From contig NC_068985.1 in NCBI RefSeq assembly GCF_001194135.2, positions 53,775,841 to 53,839,840 on the forward strand: a stretch of DNA of 64,000 nt, written 5' to 3'. Position numbers and translations under genes: made by a program. Of the stretch, positions 21,280 through 33,800 are shown piece after piece (the stretch's first letter is position 1; each line of letters starts with the position of its first letter). The notes under the pieces were generated by a model. It was given only the letters and a program-made list of their open reading frames with translations. It was not told where the DNA came from and did no database searches. The stretch comes from Octopus bimaculoides (taxonomy: Eukaryota).

Positions 21280-23250
21280 GGGATCTAGTTCAAAACGGGG
21301 GCACCAGTTTTCATTTATGTTTTATGTAGTGTTTTTGGTACCGAAAGACTTTCAAACTTCGTATACTTATCTATTTTGTGTTATAGAACAGAAAAAAAAT
21401 TTTGTATTCGGAGTTATTTCATGTAAAAAATTGTCTTATTTCGATAATTTCAACCAATCACTGACAAGTATTCAGCTGTTTACAGTTACTCCTTTGGCAG
21501 AGTAAGCGGTGTAAAGCGTATTTAATCTCCATTTATAATTTCGTTAACATCTGCCTGAACTGTTTGTGTACAACATTTGCTTTTTTCNNNNNNNNNNNNN
21601 NNNNNNNNNNNNNNNNNNNNNNNNNNNNNNNNNNNNNNNNNNNNNNNNNNNNNNNNNNNNNNNNNNNNNNNNNNNNNNNNNNNNNNNNNNNNNNNNNNNN
21701 NNNNNNNNNNNNNNNNNNNNNNNNNNNNNNNNNNNNNNNNNNNNNNNNNNNNNNNNNNNNNNNNNNNNNNNNNNNNNNNNNNNNNNNNNNNNNNNNNNNN
21801 NNNNNNNNNNNNNNNNNNNNNNNNNNNNNNNNNNNNNNNNNNNNNNNNNNNNNNNNNNNNNNNNNNNNNNNNNNNNNNNNNNNNNNNNNNNNNNNNNNNN
21901 NNNNNNNNNNNNNNNNNNNNNNNNNNNNNNNNNNNNNNNNNNNNNNNNNNNNNNNNNNNNNNNNNNNNNNNNNNNNNNNNNNNNNNNNNNNNNNNNNNNN
22001 NNNNNNNNNNNNNNNNNNNNNNNNNNNNNNNNNNNNNNNNNNNNNNNNNNNNNNNNNNNNNNNNNNNNNNNNNNNNNNNNNNNNNNATACTTATATATAT
22101 ATGTTTGTATCTGTGTTTGTCCCCTCACCATCGCGTGACAACCGATTTTTGTGTTTACGTCTCCTTAACTTAGCGGTTCGGAAAAAGAGAACGATAGGAT
22201 AAGTACTAGGCTTACAAAGAATAAGTCTTGGGGGCGATTTATTCGACTAAAAGGCGGTGCTCCAGTATGGCCGCAGTCAAATGACTGAAACGAATAAAAG
22301 AATACATATATGTATAGAGAGAGAGGGGGGAGAGAGTGAGAGAGAGAAAGGGGGAGAGAGAAAGGGAGAGAGAGAAAGGGAGAGAGAGAAAGGGAGAGAG
22401 TGAGAAACTTTATTCGGTCATAGAAGGTTGAGTTTTTTATTTGTTTCATTATTGATATTGACGTAGTACAATAGGTTAAGAACATCGTCCAAAGCATGCA
22501 TAACTCTGTACAACATTATAATATACGACAAAAAAATACCTATACTTTACCCGGTCATTGGTATGGTGCTAGGTAAGTTAGACAGTTGGTAAGGTCGTCT
22601 TCATGTAGTTGGTGTAATCGTTTGTTTCTTTACCTCAATATATATATATGTTACAAGAAATAAATGGCATAACATATAATGTAACAATTACATTTGTATT
22701 ATATATGTAAGTCTGTTTTATTATATTCGTCATCCCCATGCCAGTGGGAAAACTGTCTTGTCCGTGGGACAAATAAAGAGGATGGACACCGCTGCTCTAG
22801 AATACGTAGAGATGTGTACAAGTACTGGAATATAATAATCTTATCCTGTATGCGTATGTCCTGCATAACGAATATATAGTGTTTACTCCTGTTGAGCCGT
22901 GTTCTACTATAGATGTTGGAAGAAGGGAAAGTCAACCAAACTGACCCCAGTAATTGACTGGTACTAAATTTATTGAACTAGGGAGAGATGAAGCGCGAAA
23001 TCAAACGTTAAAATACCTAAATGGGATCTTTTTTAAAACGGGGGCCACATTTTTCATTAATGTTTTACGTAGTGTTTTTGGTACGGAAAGACTTTCAAAC
23101 TTCGTATACTTATCTATTTTGTGTTATAGAACAGAAAAATATTTTTGTATTCGAATTTATTTCATGTAAAAAATTGTCTTATTTCGATAATTTCAACCAA
23201 TCACTGACAAGTATTCAGTTGTTTATATTTACTCCTTTGGCTGATTAAGC
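21280..23250 (+). repeat. Pair of ~230 bp direct repeats (21280-21510 and 23020-23250)
   Basis: Long identical blocks such as GAAAGACTTTCAAACTTCGTATACTTATCTATTTTGTGTTATAGAACAGAAAAA and TCATGTAAAAAATTGTCTTATTTCGATAATTTCAACCAATCACTGACAAGTATTCAG. Confidence 0.85.
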
Positions 23251-23635
23251 CATAGCTTCGTTTTATTTGCTTTTTCATTTTCTTTTTTTTTTCTTCGTTT
23301 TATTTGCTTTTTTCTTNNNNNNNNNNNNNNNNNNNNNNNNNNNNNNNNNNNNNNNNNNNNNNNNNNNNNNNNNNNNNNNNNNNNNNNNNNNNNNNNNNNN
23401 NNNNNNNNNNNNNNNNNNNNNNNNNNNNNNNNNNNNNNNNNNNNNNNNNNNNNNNNNNNNNNNNNNNNNNNNNNNNNNNNNNNNNNNNNNNNNNNNNNNN
23501 NNNNNNNNNNNNNNNNNNNNNNNNNNNNNNNNNNNNNNNNNNNNNNNNNNNNNNNNNNNNNNNNNNNNNNNNNNNNNNNNNNNNNNNNNNNNNNNNNNNN
23601 NNNNNNNNNNNNNNNNNNNNNNNNNNNNNNNNNNN

Positions 23636-23696
<61 letters not shown>

Positions 23697-24939
23697 CGCG
23701 TGCACATACGTACATACATACATACATACATACAAGCAAACAAACAAACAAAAAATTTTCGTCAACTGACGTAATGTGATAGGTATGTACTATGAGTGCT
23801 CAGTTTGGTTTGCTACTAAAATTCCGGCTTGAACTGCAAATGAAAGTGGGATGTTGAGGCAGCTTATCAGAGGCGCTAGAAGCGGTTTCTCTTTGAGCTG
23901 GTAGATACATATTAAAGTAAGAAATGAAGAAGCAAAACATTTGTCACCATTCGACGAGGACATTTAATTTAGATAGAGAATATATACATATACAATCTCT
24001 TACAGTTGTTTCTAGAATAGCCAAGCTTGTAGATCAGAGACGGAGAAGTCAGAGAGATGTGAAAATGTAGAAATATCCCCAGTCGAGGATATTAGTATAT
24101 TGCAGTTTATCAGAAATTAGAGAAAGACCAAAGATATGCGTTAATCACTTCATTAATCAAATAAATAATACAATTATAGGTAGGGTCCATTAGCAGTTTC
24201 AAAAGAAAATGATCGATGATAATCCATGGTAATTTACCAGTTCCAGTTTTGAATAGAGAATGAATGAGAGTTGAATAGGAATATTATACTACAGTGTAGA
24301 GGAAAGACAGAGGTAGATGTAGTAAAGCAGATATCTACTAGTTTTTATAGAGGGGGTATGCTTGTCTAAAGAGGTGAGGAGGTGCATATTCATAAACAGA
24401 TAGGTAAAGGGATGAAGAATAGCAGATGTCAGATGCTGTCATCTTTTTAGCCGACCACCGGCGCTGGCCAGAGTTCTAGGGTGGCAGGAGTGGGAGGGAG
24501 GGGGTTAGGATGTAAAAGATAATGAAAAGTTGAAGCTATAGTGAGCATGCTACTACTAGAAGTGAGGGGAGACTTAGGTCTCGTCTGGTTATTATGGTGC
24601 TAGAAACAGATGTCCATAATATTAATCGAAATTTAAAGATTTGGAATTTAATGAAGGTGTATGCTCGTTGGGAATCGAAGGATAAATATAAGGATTTAAA
24701 GATGACAAATTAAAAATAAATGAAAGACAATTATTTATTAAGTTTAGGTGTAGTGAAATTACAGGGCCCAGGGATGAAAGAAATATAGTTCTAATGGATA
24801 ATGGAAGCTTAAATTAACTAAATGTATTTTATTACTTTGTGTATAACTCCAAACCATGAGAAGAAAAGGCCTAGTGGTGTTTTGCTCATTAAGCGAGTGT
24901 TGTAACTGTGATGATATTCTATTGATTACCATCTAGGTG

Positions 24940-25285
24940 GCTGGCACTCCGTGGCTACGACGTCGAGTGTTCCAGTTGATCCGATCAACGGAACAGCCTG
25001 CTCGTGAAATTAACGTGCAAGTGGCTGAGCATTCCACAGACACGTTTATCCTTAACGTAGTTCTCGGGGATATTCACCGTGACACAGTGTGACAAGGCTG
25101 ACTCTTTGAATTACAGGCACAACAGAAACAGGAAGTAAGTGTGAGAGAAGGTTGTGGTGAAAGAGTACAGCAGGGTTTGCCACCATCCCCTGCCGGAGCC
25201 TCGTGGAGCTTTAGGTGTTTTTGCTCAATAAACACTCACAATGCCGTCTGGGAATCGAAACCGCGATCCTATGACCGCGCCTCTA
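24940..25285 (-). mobile_element. tRNA-derived SINE, 5' end clipped
   Basis: Matches 39000-39607 along its length. Confidence 0.85.
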
Positions 25286-25844
25286 CACAATCTAGGAAGG
25301 ACGCGTTAAATGTGAATTAATAGAAAGAATGAGGATCTATAAAATAAAGGATAAAAAGGATATGATGATACTGCAGATATACTAAATTAAGTGGGCTCAT
25401 ATAATGTTTAAACTATATATTAGTGATAACCTGAAGTAATTGTTTTACTGCAATTAGACCCGTGGTAAAACTTAGAAAATTTCTGGACACCTACACAAGG
25501 TTTCGTGCTGCTTGTTTTTATAATTGTGTGGGATTATGTGACAGGATTTGGATAGATCCCCTCAAATATTAACGCATACCTATCTTACTCTGATCCTTTT
25601 CTCATTTCTGATAAACTGGAATATACTAATATCCTCGACGGGGAATATTTCTGCAGTTTTACATCTCTGGCTTCTCTCCCTGATGACGGTATACTCAGTT
25701 TATGGAATCCTTACTCAATATCATGATCTACACTCTTGGTTATTCTAGAAACGGCTGTAAAAGACTATATGTTTATATTCTCTATCTAAAGTGTCTTTTT
25801 TGAGCGATGTCAAACCCTTTGCTTCTTCATTTTTTATTTTAATA

Positions 25845-27175
25845 TTGGGTTGGCAACTAAGTACCCGCCGTTTTTTTTTCTAATTTTGGAATTTATTGCG
25901 TTTTTAAATTTTGGAATCTATTTTTTTCGAGAATTCTATTTTTGAATCATTTTGGAATCTATTGTTTGTTTGTTTTTTTTTTTNNNNNNNNNNNNNNNNN
26001 NNNNNNNGGGGGGGGGGGTCTAGTTAATTTTAGTTAATTTTTGTTTATTTTCACATCATTAAAATGGAATGTCAAGTTAAGAAAAACGAGCATTTTCGAC
26101 ACCTTCTTTTTGCTTTTAATCAAGGTTCTAAGGCCGCAAAAGCTGCTCGCGACATTTGTGCTGTGTATGGAGAGGGTACCATAGCTGAAAGAACCGCTTG
26201 TTATTGGTATGTCAAGTTCAAAAATAGAGATTTTGACCTCAAAGACGCACCTCGTTCTGGCCGTCCAGTTGAGTTCGATGAAGAGCGATTAAACTAATTT
26301 TTGCACGAAAATTCTCGTCAAACGACAAGGTAACTGGCTGAGAAAGTGGAATGCTCTCACACTGCTATACAGAAGCATCTTCACTCGATGGGAAAAGTTC
26401 AGAAGTATAGAGCATAGGTTCCGCATGCTTTAAGTGACAACAAAAATCAACGAATCACAATTTCCGCTGGTTTGCTTGCTTGTCACCGCTCAACTCATGG
26501 ACACAAGTAACGATTTCTTTACCGAATCGTTTCTGGCGACGAAAAATAGTGCCTGTACATCAATATGAAGCAGCGTAAGGAATGGCTTAGCCTCAGTAAA
26601 CAAGCGTCACTTCGCGTGAAACAAGATCTTCATCCGCGTAAAACGATGTTGTGCGTATGGTGGGACTGGGAAGGCATTATCCATTACGAATTGCTTGAAC
26701 GGAACCAAATGGTCAACGCGGAACTATGTTCAACAGATGAAGCGACTCAACACGGCTATTCAAGAGAAAAGACCTAATCGGCAGCATGGAGTTCTTCTGC
26801 TGCACGACAACGCCCGCCTTCATATCGCCAATATGACCAAGGAAGCCATTCAAACGCATGGCTGGGAAGTGCTGCCACACCCGCCGTACTCTCCTGATTT
26901 GGCACCAACGGATTCCCACTTCTTTCGATCTCTTTCAAATGCTATGCGCGGAGTTTCGGTCAATATTGATGCAGAATTGAGAGCTTGGTTGTATCAATTT
27001 TTCGAGTCGAAATTGGGTGATTTCTACCAACGAGGTATTGGAAATCTTGTTGAACGTTGGGAAGAGGTTGTAAACAACAAGGGTGAATACATTATTGATT
27101 AATTAGTTATTTTTTATTAAACCTTTTAAAAAATTTAAATTTTTAAAAAACGGTGGGAACTTAGTTGCCAACCCA
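25845..27175 (+). mobile_element. Full-length decayed mariner transposon
   Basis: TA|TTGGGTTGGCAACTAAGTACCCGCCG and CGGTGGGAACTTAGTTGCCAACCCA|TA TIRs around a transposase. Confidence 0.95.
26064..27102 (+). pseudogene. Mariner D,D34D transposase pseudogene
   Basis: RSGRP, xVPHAL, IVSGDEK, HDNA and YSPDLAPTD motifs; 34 residues counted between the 2nd and 3rd Asp; several stops and a frameshift near 26735. Confidence 0.95.
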
Positions 27176-27802
27176 TAAGGTCAAAAATGTGTAGGGGAAG
27201 ACGATTGACAATTGACCCCATATCATGACGTTTCTGATATTTTGAGTTATCGACCTTGGAACGAGGAAAGGTGAAGATGAATTGAGCAGAATACGAACTC
27301 ACAAATAGAAAGTTACAGCTAAATACTGTAAGACATTCAATCCACTGATCTACCAATTTTTCCAATCCATTGAACCATAACTAATAATTATAATAGTAAA
27401 CGTATTATTGTAATCTGTTTTGTAGTAGGCTTTCTGTATTGATTATGATGTAGAATAAATACATGCATGTTTAATGTATCAAATTTCACAATCATCGACA
27501 TTGGGATTAGAAAATCAAAAATGTCGGATGACTGTCATCTCGGATCAAGGTTTTTGTTAATCTTAAACTAGATTAAGACAAACACAACATGAACATAAAT
27601 AAATAATACAAATAATGAATATTAATAATAAATTATGGTAAATAATACTAATAAGTTAAGCAGTAGTAGTAGTAGTAAATTTTGACAAATCCTGCAATTT
27701 TTAGTGGGAGAAAGGAAGTCGGTTAACTGGTAATTATTTTTATCGACTCTTAAAGTTCCCTCACTTGTGCCAAAAGTAGAGATGATGATGATGATGATGA
27801 TT

Positions 27803-27837
<35 letters not shown>

Positions 27838-27839
<2 letters not shown>

Positions 27840-28045
27840 AGGCGGTGAGCTGGCAGAATCGTTACCACGCTGGACGAAATGCTTAGTGATATTTCGCTCG
27901 TCGCTACGTTCTGAATTCAAATTCCGCCGAGGTTGACTTTGCCTTTCAGAGTCGCTAAACTAAGTACCTGTGAAACACTGGGGTCGATGTAATCGACTTG
28001 TTCCCTCCCCACCAAATTTCAAGCCTTATTCCTTCAGTAGAAAGG

Positions 28046-28087
<42 letters not shown>

Positions 28088-29660
28088 TAGTTTTATTTTC
28101 ATAACGTGCTTTCACTTCACTACCGAGCGCAGCTCTGTGCGCCTTGGGTATGTGCTGTGGTTTGCTGTGGTGCTCTTATGGTTACTGTATTGAAAGTGTT
28201 TTGCGTAGGATGTGTGCAGTGCCCACTAGTGCAATTTTCTGTATGTTATATATATTTGTAAGTCCTGGTGTTTTTGTTATGTATTTGTCTGAATATTTTT
28301 TTATTATACCTAAGGGTGCCTTAGGTATGATAGGAATTGTTTCTGTTTTTCGATTCCACATTCGAGTTACCTCTATTTCCAGGTCTTTGTATTTTGAAAG
28401 TTTTTCCATTTCTTTTAGAGAAACGTTGTCATCTGCTGGTATTGATACATCAATTGAAAAGCATTTTTTTCTTCATGATCTTTGACAACTATATCTGGTC
28501 TATTTGCCTATTATTATTATTATCATCATTATTGCCCTCTCCCGCAAAGTTCCAGGCTTTGTGCTTATAATAGAAAGGATTATTATGAATATAATTAAAA
28601 GGGCGGTGAGTTGGCCGAATCATTACTACGCCGAGCAAAATGCTTAGCAGCATTTCATACGTCTTTAAGTTCTGAGTTCAAATTCCGCTGCTGTCGACTT
28701 TGCTTTTCATTCTTTCGGGGTCGATGAAATAAGTACCAGTTGAACACTGGAGTCAGTGTAATCGACTCATCCCCTCTCCCAAAATGTCTGCCCTTGTGGC
28801 AAAATTTGAAACCGTTATTATAATTATTGAGAAGGTGGCGAGCTGGGAGAATTGTTAGCACGCCAGACGAAATACTTAGCGGTATTCCGCCGAGGTCGAC
28901 TTTGCCTTTCCTCCTTTCGGGATAGATAAATTAAGTGTCTGTAAAACACTGAGGTCGATGTAACTGACTAGTCCCCTCGCCCAAAATTTCAGGCCTTATG
29001 CCTTTAGTAAAAAGGATTATTATTATCATTATTATTATTATTATTATTATTATTAAGATGTCACTTGATTGATAGCATTCTCCGCAGTATGTGAGCTGTT
29101 CTTAGTCTTATGATTTTCTGGACCACATAAATACTGATGTTGCTCGGGGACACGGTTGTTAAGTGACATCTTACCTATAGCGTCTCAAGCCCACTTTTGG
29201 ACTGACCTCTACGAATATGAAGCAGGAAGTACAAAAGAACATCGACAATAACAATAAGAATAAAACAAGGCCAGCAACTTCAGGAGAGGAGTAAAGTAGA
29301 TTACATCGGCTCCAGTGCTCAAATGGTACTTATTTTATCGACCCCGAAATGAAGAAAGTCAAACTCAACCTCGACGGAATTTGAACTCAGAATTTAAAGA
29401 CGGACGAAATACCGCTAAGCATTTCATCCGGTGTGCTAACGATTCCGCCAGCTCGCCGCCCTTAGTAATAACAATTTTCCGATTTTAGTACAGAGTCAAC
29501 AGTTTCGAGGTGTGGGGGAGAGTCGATTACATCTACACCGGTACTTGACTGGTAATTTATCGATACCAAAAGGATGAAAGGTAAAGTTTACCTCGGTGAG
29601 ATTTGAGCTCAGAACGTATTGTACCGGAAGAACACTGCAAGGTATTTTTCAGACACCAAC
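27838..29660. mobile_element. Cluster of about 6-7 tRNA-headed SINE copies in both orientations separated by (ATT)n/(TAA)n
   Basis: Repeated GGCGGTGAGCTGGCAG heads and GAGTTCAAATTCCGCCGAGG B boxes at ~27840, 28600, 28835, 29460 and 29610. Confidence 0.8.
28085..28508 (-). mobile_element. 3' end of an R4/Dong-like RLE LINE inserted in a SINE (ATT)n tail
   Basis: EKLSKYKDLEIEVTRMW..IIPxAPLG..IQKIALVGTAHILRK; about 6 differences in the first ~123 nt versus 53644; (ATT)n on both sides. Confidence 0.85.
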
Positions 29661-29733
29661 GATTGCGCCATTTCACTTCCTTAATAATATTTGCCTCAGG
29701 GATATCGGATGAAGTGAACATTACAAAGCCAGC

Positions 29734-29795
<62 letters not shown>

Positions 29796-29936
29796 TGAAT
29801 CTCCAGTATTTTTGCTCTTTTATATTTTTACANNNNNNNNNNNNNNNNNNNNNNNNNNNNNNNNNNNNNNNNNNNNNNNNNNNNNNNNNNNNNNNNNNNN
29901 NNNNNNNNNNNNNNNNNNNNNNNNNNNNNNNNNNNN

Positions 29937-29970
<34 letters not shown>

Positions 29971-31147
29971 TTTTCTTTTTTCTCTTTTTCTTATTTCCAG
30001 AGTATGTTTATAATTACAATTATTTACTATCTTCGTTATGGACATTTAATAACAATGACAACTGTAGCAATGCTTCATTACCTAACTCGAACGGACAAAT
30101 AACAGCAGGATCGCTCAAATTCAAGATCTTTAACGAGACACCACTTTATGTATGAATGTACCTGATGTGACCCAGACTGCAAAATGGCTGCAATACAACA
30201 TGATACATAGAACCTCACCCATAAGGAATAATAGCAGGATGGGTAGAGACGATCGTCATGCAAAATAAAGACTACCATCAAATCCATCTTCTGTTTACTT
30301 AATCAATTATTATTATTTCAACTAACACTGCGGAATTCCTGAAGTAGATCCAACGGAAATATACCCCAACTGCGGATGACACCAAGTAGCCCAAACCGTG
30401 CCAGTGTTTTACTCAACATATCAACACACTAATCGACATATACCCATTAGTCCAAAATATTATATATATATATATATACACANNNNNNNNNNNNNNNNNN
30501 NNNNNNNNNNNNNNNNNNNNNNNNNNNNNNNNNNNNNNNNNNNNNNNNNNNNNNNNNNNNNNNNNNNNNNNNNNNNNNNNNNNNNNNNNNNNNNNNNNNN
30601 NNNNNNNNNNNNNNNNNNNNNNNNNNNNNNNNNNNNNNNNNNNNNNNNNNNNNNNNNNNNNNNNNNNNNNNNNNNNNNNNNNNNNNNNNNNNNNNNNNNN
30701 NNNNNNNNNNNNNNNNNNNNNNNNNNNNNNNNNNNNNNNNNNNNNNNNNNNNNNNNNNNNNNNNNNNNNNNNNNNNNNNNNNNNNNNNNNNNNNNNNNNN
30801 NNNNNNNNNNNNNNNNNNNNNNNNNNNNNNNNNNNNNNNNNNNNNNNNNNNNNNNNNNNNNNNNNNNNNNNNNNNNNNNNNNNNNNNNNNNNNNNNNNNN
30901 NNNNNNNNNNNNNNNNNNNNNNNNNNNNNNNNNNNNNNNNNNNNNNNNNNNNNNNNNNNNNNNNNNNNNNNNNNNNNNNNNNNNNNNNNNNNNNNNNNNN
31001 NNNNNNNNNNNNNNNNNNNNNNNNNNNNNNNNNNNNNNNNNNNNNNNNNNNNNNNTTAAACGTATATATGTATGTTCATCTATACGTATATATATTTACA
31101 TACATACATATTTACATATATACATACATATATACACACACACACAC

Positions 31148-31178
<31 letters not shown>

Positions 31179-32196
31179 TATATATATACACACATATACA
31201 CACACATATATATACATACGCACACATACACACACATATATATACATACGCACACATATAAACACATACGCACAAATATACACATATACGCACACATATA
31301 TACACACATACGCACAAATATACATATATACACACACATACATATATATACACACACATACATATATATATATATATACACATACATATACATATATATA
31401 TACACACACACACTAAATATATATATAAGCATATTAAAAGGGGTCCTTGAGAAAACTCATTTAAATAAACGAGTTGTGAATAGGTTGGGAATTACGGTAG
31501 ACGAAGAAACGGTGCTAGATTTAAAATACGATAGAATATTGGTAAAAGGTGGTACTGATGGCTTTTCGTATCAATGTTTACGTGAGTGTGCCAGGTTGCT
31601 ATATAACTAATTGTAGTGGAGGTTTGAATCGCATGATGATTTGGCGCAACATAAATGACAGCTTCCCATTAATATGAGAACGAGATGTCATTCGTTTGTG
31701 TGTGTTTTTTTTAAATTATATATCATTTTATTATATTCTGCATCACACATACTAGACTGTTGCCCCTTATATGATGGAAATTCTTGAGGTATTATTTTGT
31801 CACCATGAGTAGTATCAGGAAATATGGCATACATGCAACAATTATAATTTGACCCAATTTCTTACTACTATTAGAAAATGATGCAATAAATACTAAAATT
31901 TCAAAAGAAAAATATTGATTATTTCAAAATAAAATTGAATAAAATATATTTCTCATTTGTATATTTGCACTACATATGTTATTTTGCCAGCATTTTATCA
32001 ACATAATTACCATCAACATCCTCGGAAACATATCCCTGCAAAATCTCATTGAAAATGTATATTATTCATAAAGATGTCACTGCCAACCTCCAAGCCTCGT
32101 ATGTATACTCATTCTGTGCCTTTTATGCTAACTTTTTTTTATATACTATGTGAAACACAACTGGAGAATCAACCAACCAATATTTATATCGGCTCG

Positions 32197-32283
<87 letters not shown>

Positions 32284-33020
32284 TTAAGATGCATCTTGCG
32301 AATGCTCTAGGCTGCCTCATCAGTGATGTTTCTGGAGTCTCAGGGGAATTCATGTCTTTCAACATCAGATCCCACTCGCCCAGTTGACTCAGCCGGGTTG
32401 GATTAAGTCCCAGCTTACATTCCACTAGCAGCGAATCACTGGCCTGCCCTCTTTATCCAAAGCCACCCAGTGGCCTTCTTTAATACTTCAGTGAGAAAAT
32501 TCATAGCCCTCCTTTTTGCTGCACCAGTACCTACAAACCCAATCAGAACTTTCAAGAATGAAAGCCCCACAAAACCTCGAAAGCTCACTTCTGCTGCCTC
32601 AGAACGTGCTTGCAAGCCCCTGTTTCTGCATTGCTCTTCCAGCTCCTGGTATTTGGCAAGCTTTCCCCATGTGTTCCTCCCAGGGCATAGTGAGTTCCCA
32701 CATGATAACTTGTTTGGTGGAATTTGAGAAAAACACTATGTCTGGGTTGAGTGTTGTTAGTACTATGTGATCTGACGACTTTACCCGTCCAGCGAGATTC
32801 ACTTTCAGCTGTCAGTCTGGGGCTGCGGAAATTAAGCATCATACTCGTTGAAGTTTGAACTGGACTTTGAGAGTCATCACTTCTCTCCGGCTTTGGGAAA
32901 AGTGATGGTTTGTTTCTTAGAATGGTATTTACCGGATTGAATAGCCGTCAATGTCACATCGGCAATCGCCAGTGATAGCGGCCATCAGCTAAACCTTTGT
33001 GGTAGCTTTGAGGTGGTGCT
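32284..33020 (-). mobile_element. 3' part of a HERO/NeSL-like RLE LINE ending at a (CA)n tract
   Basis: ADGRYHWR..ITFPKAGEK..QLKVNL..TTLNPDIVFFS..QVIMWELTMPWEE, the PD..ELTxPWE endonuclease motif; 3' end ATGCATCTTAA abuts (CG)n(CA)n. Confidence 0.75.
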
Positions 33021-33111
33021 GAATGAATCTCTTCATTTGTGACGTTTTAACTCCTTCCATATCTTTCCTATTATTCATTCTCTTGTCATTTGTAACACTT
33101 TTGCGTGTTTT

Positions 33112-33166
<55 letters not shown>

Positions 33167-33645
33167 TGGGCCTTAGTGACAACTATAATCAAGGAATTAT
33201 CATCATTAACCATACCATTATTACAAGTATTATTGCATCACTGAAGATTAGGTTTTAGGAATCTGCTTACGTCATCACATCCCTGACAAATGTTTCAACT
33301 GACTAATTATAGCAGTTTCATATACTTAATACCATTGACTTTAAACATTAATCGAGAGCGATCAACTATCAAAAACGATAATCCAAGTTAATAATCGCAA
33401 TTTAACAATTCATATCTGACCAGTAAATATTTACGGAGAGAAATTCAATACAAGATAACATTCACCCACCACTTTCATTAAATTATTCAGATTCACTTGA
33501 TATATGTTATTCAGTTATACAATATCTTCATATTATATTATATTCTTAGCATATAGTAAAAAGTCATTAGAGCATTGTCTTATCATCTGAAAGGTAAACA
33601 TTCTGTATGTCACTAGTGATTGATTCTACGCTTTTATTCTCTTAA

Positions 33646-33800
33646 TTCTCGCGAGATCAGACCATTACGACGCATGATTTTCACAAGACCAGTCTATACG
33701 GCATCTCATTCTCATGATATCAACCCATTCCGCCTCAGATTCTCACGAGATCAGTCCATTACGACACCTTACTCTCGTGGAATAAGTCCATTACGCTGCA
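33646..33800. repeat. Five-unit 31 bp minisatellite built on a TCTCGCGAGA-like palindrome
   Basis: Unit starts at 33646, 33678, 33709, 33740, 33771; consensus about TTCTCRCGAGATCAGTCCATTACGAC. Confidence 0.8.

Noticed and set aside
21544-23779. Long ORFs full of X, and similar ones at 30398, 37563, 51336 and 60389
   Set aside because: Artefacts of N gaps and adjacent dinucleotide repeats
24150-24800. Possible decayed APE endonuclease of an L2/CR1 LINE on the minus strand
   Set aside because: Only faint motif echoes (FII..PPSH, II.DHF) across many stops
30325-30410. Possible hammerhead remnant AACACTG..CTGCGGATGAC..CAAACCGTGCCAGTGTT
   Set aside because: Both core motifs deviate (CTGCGGA, CAAAC) and stem II cannot be formed
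32300-32335. CTGATGAGGC on the minus strand in the HERO-like 3' UTR
   Set aside because: No downstream GAAA or closing stems
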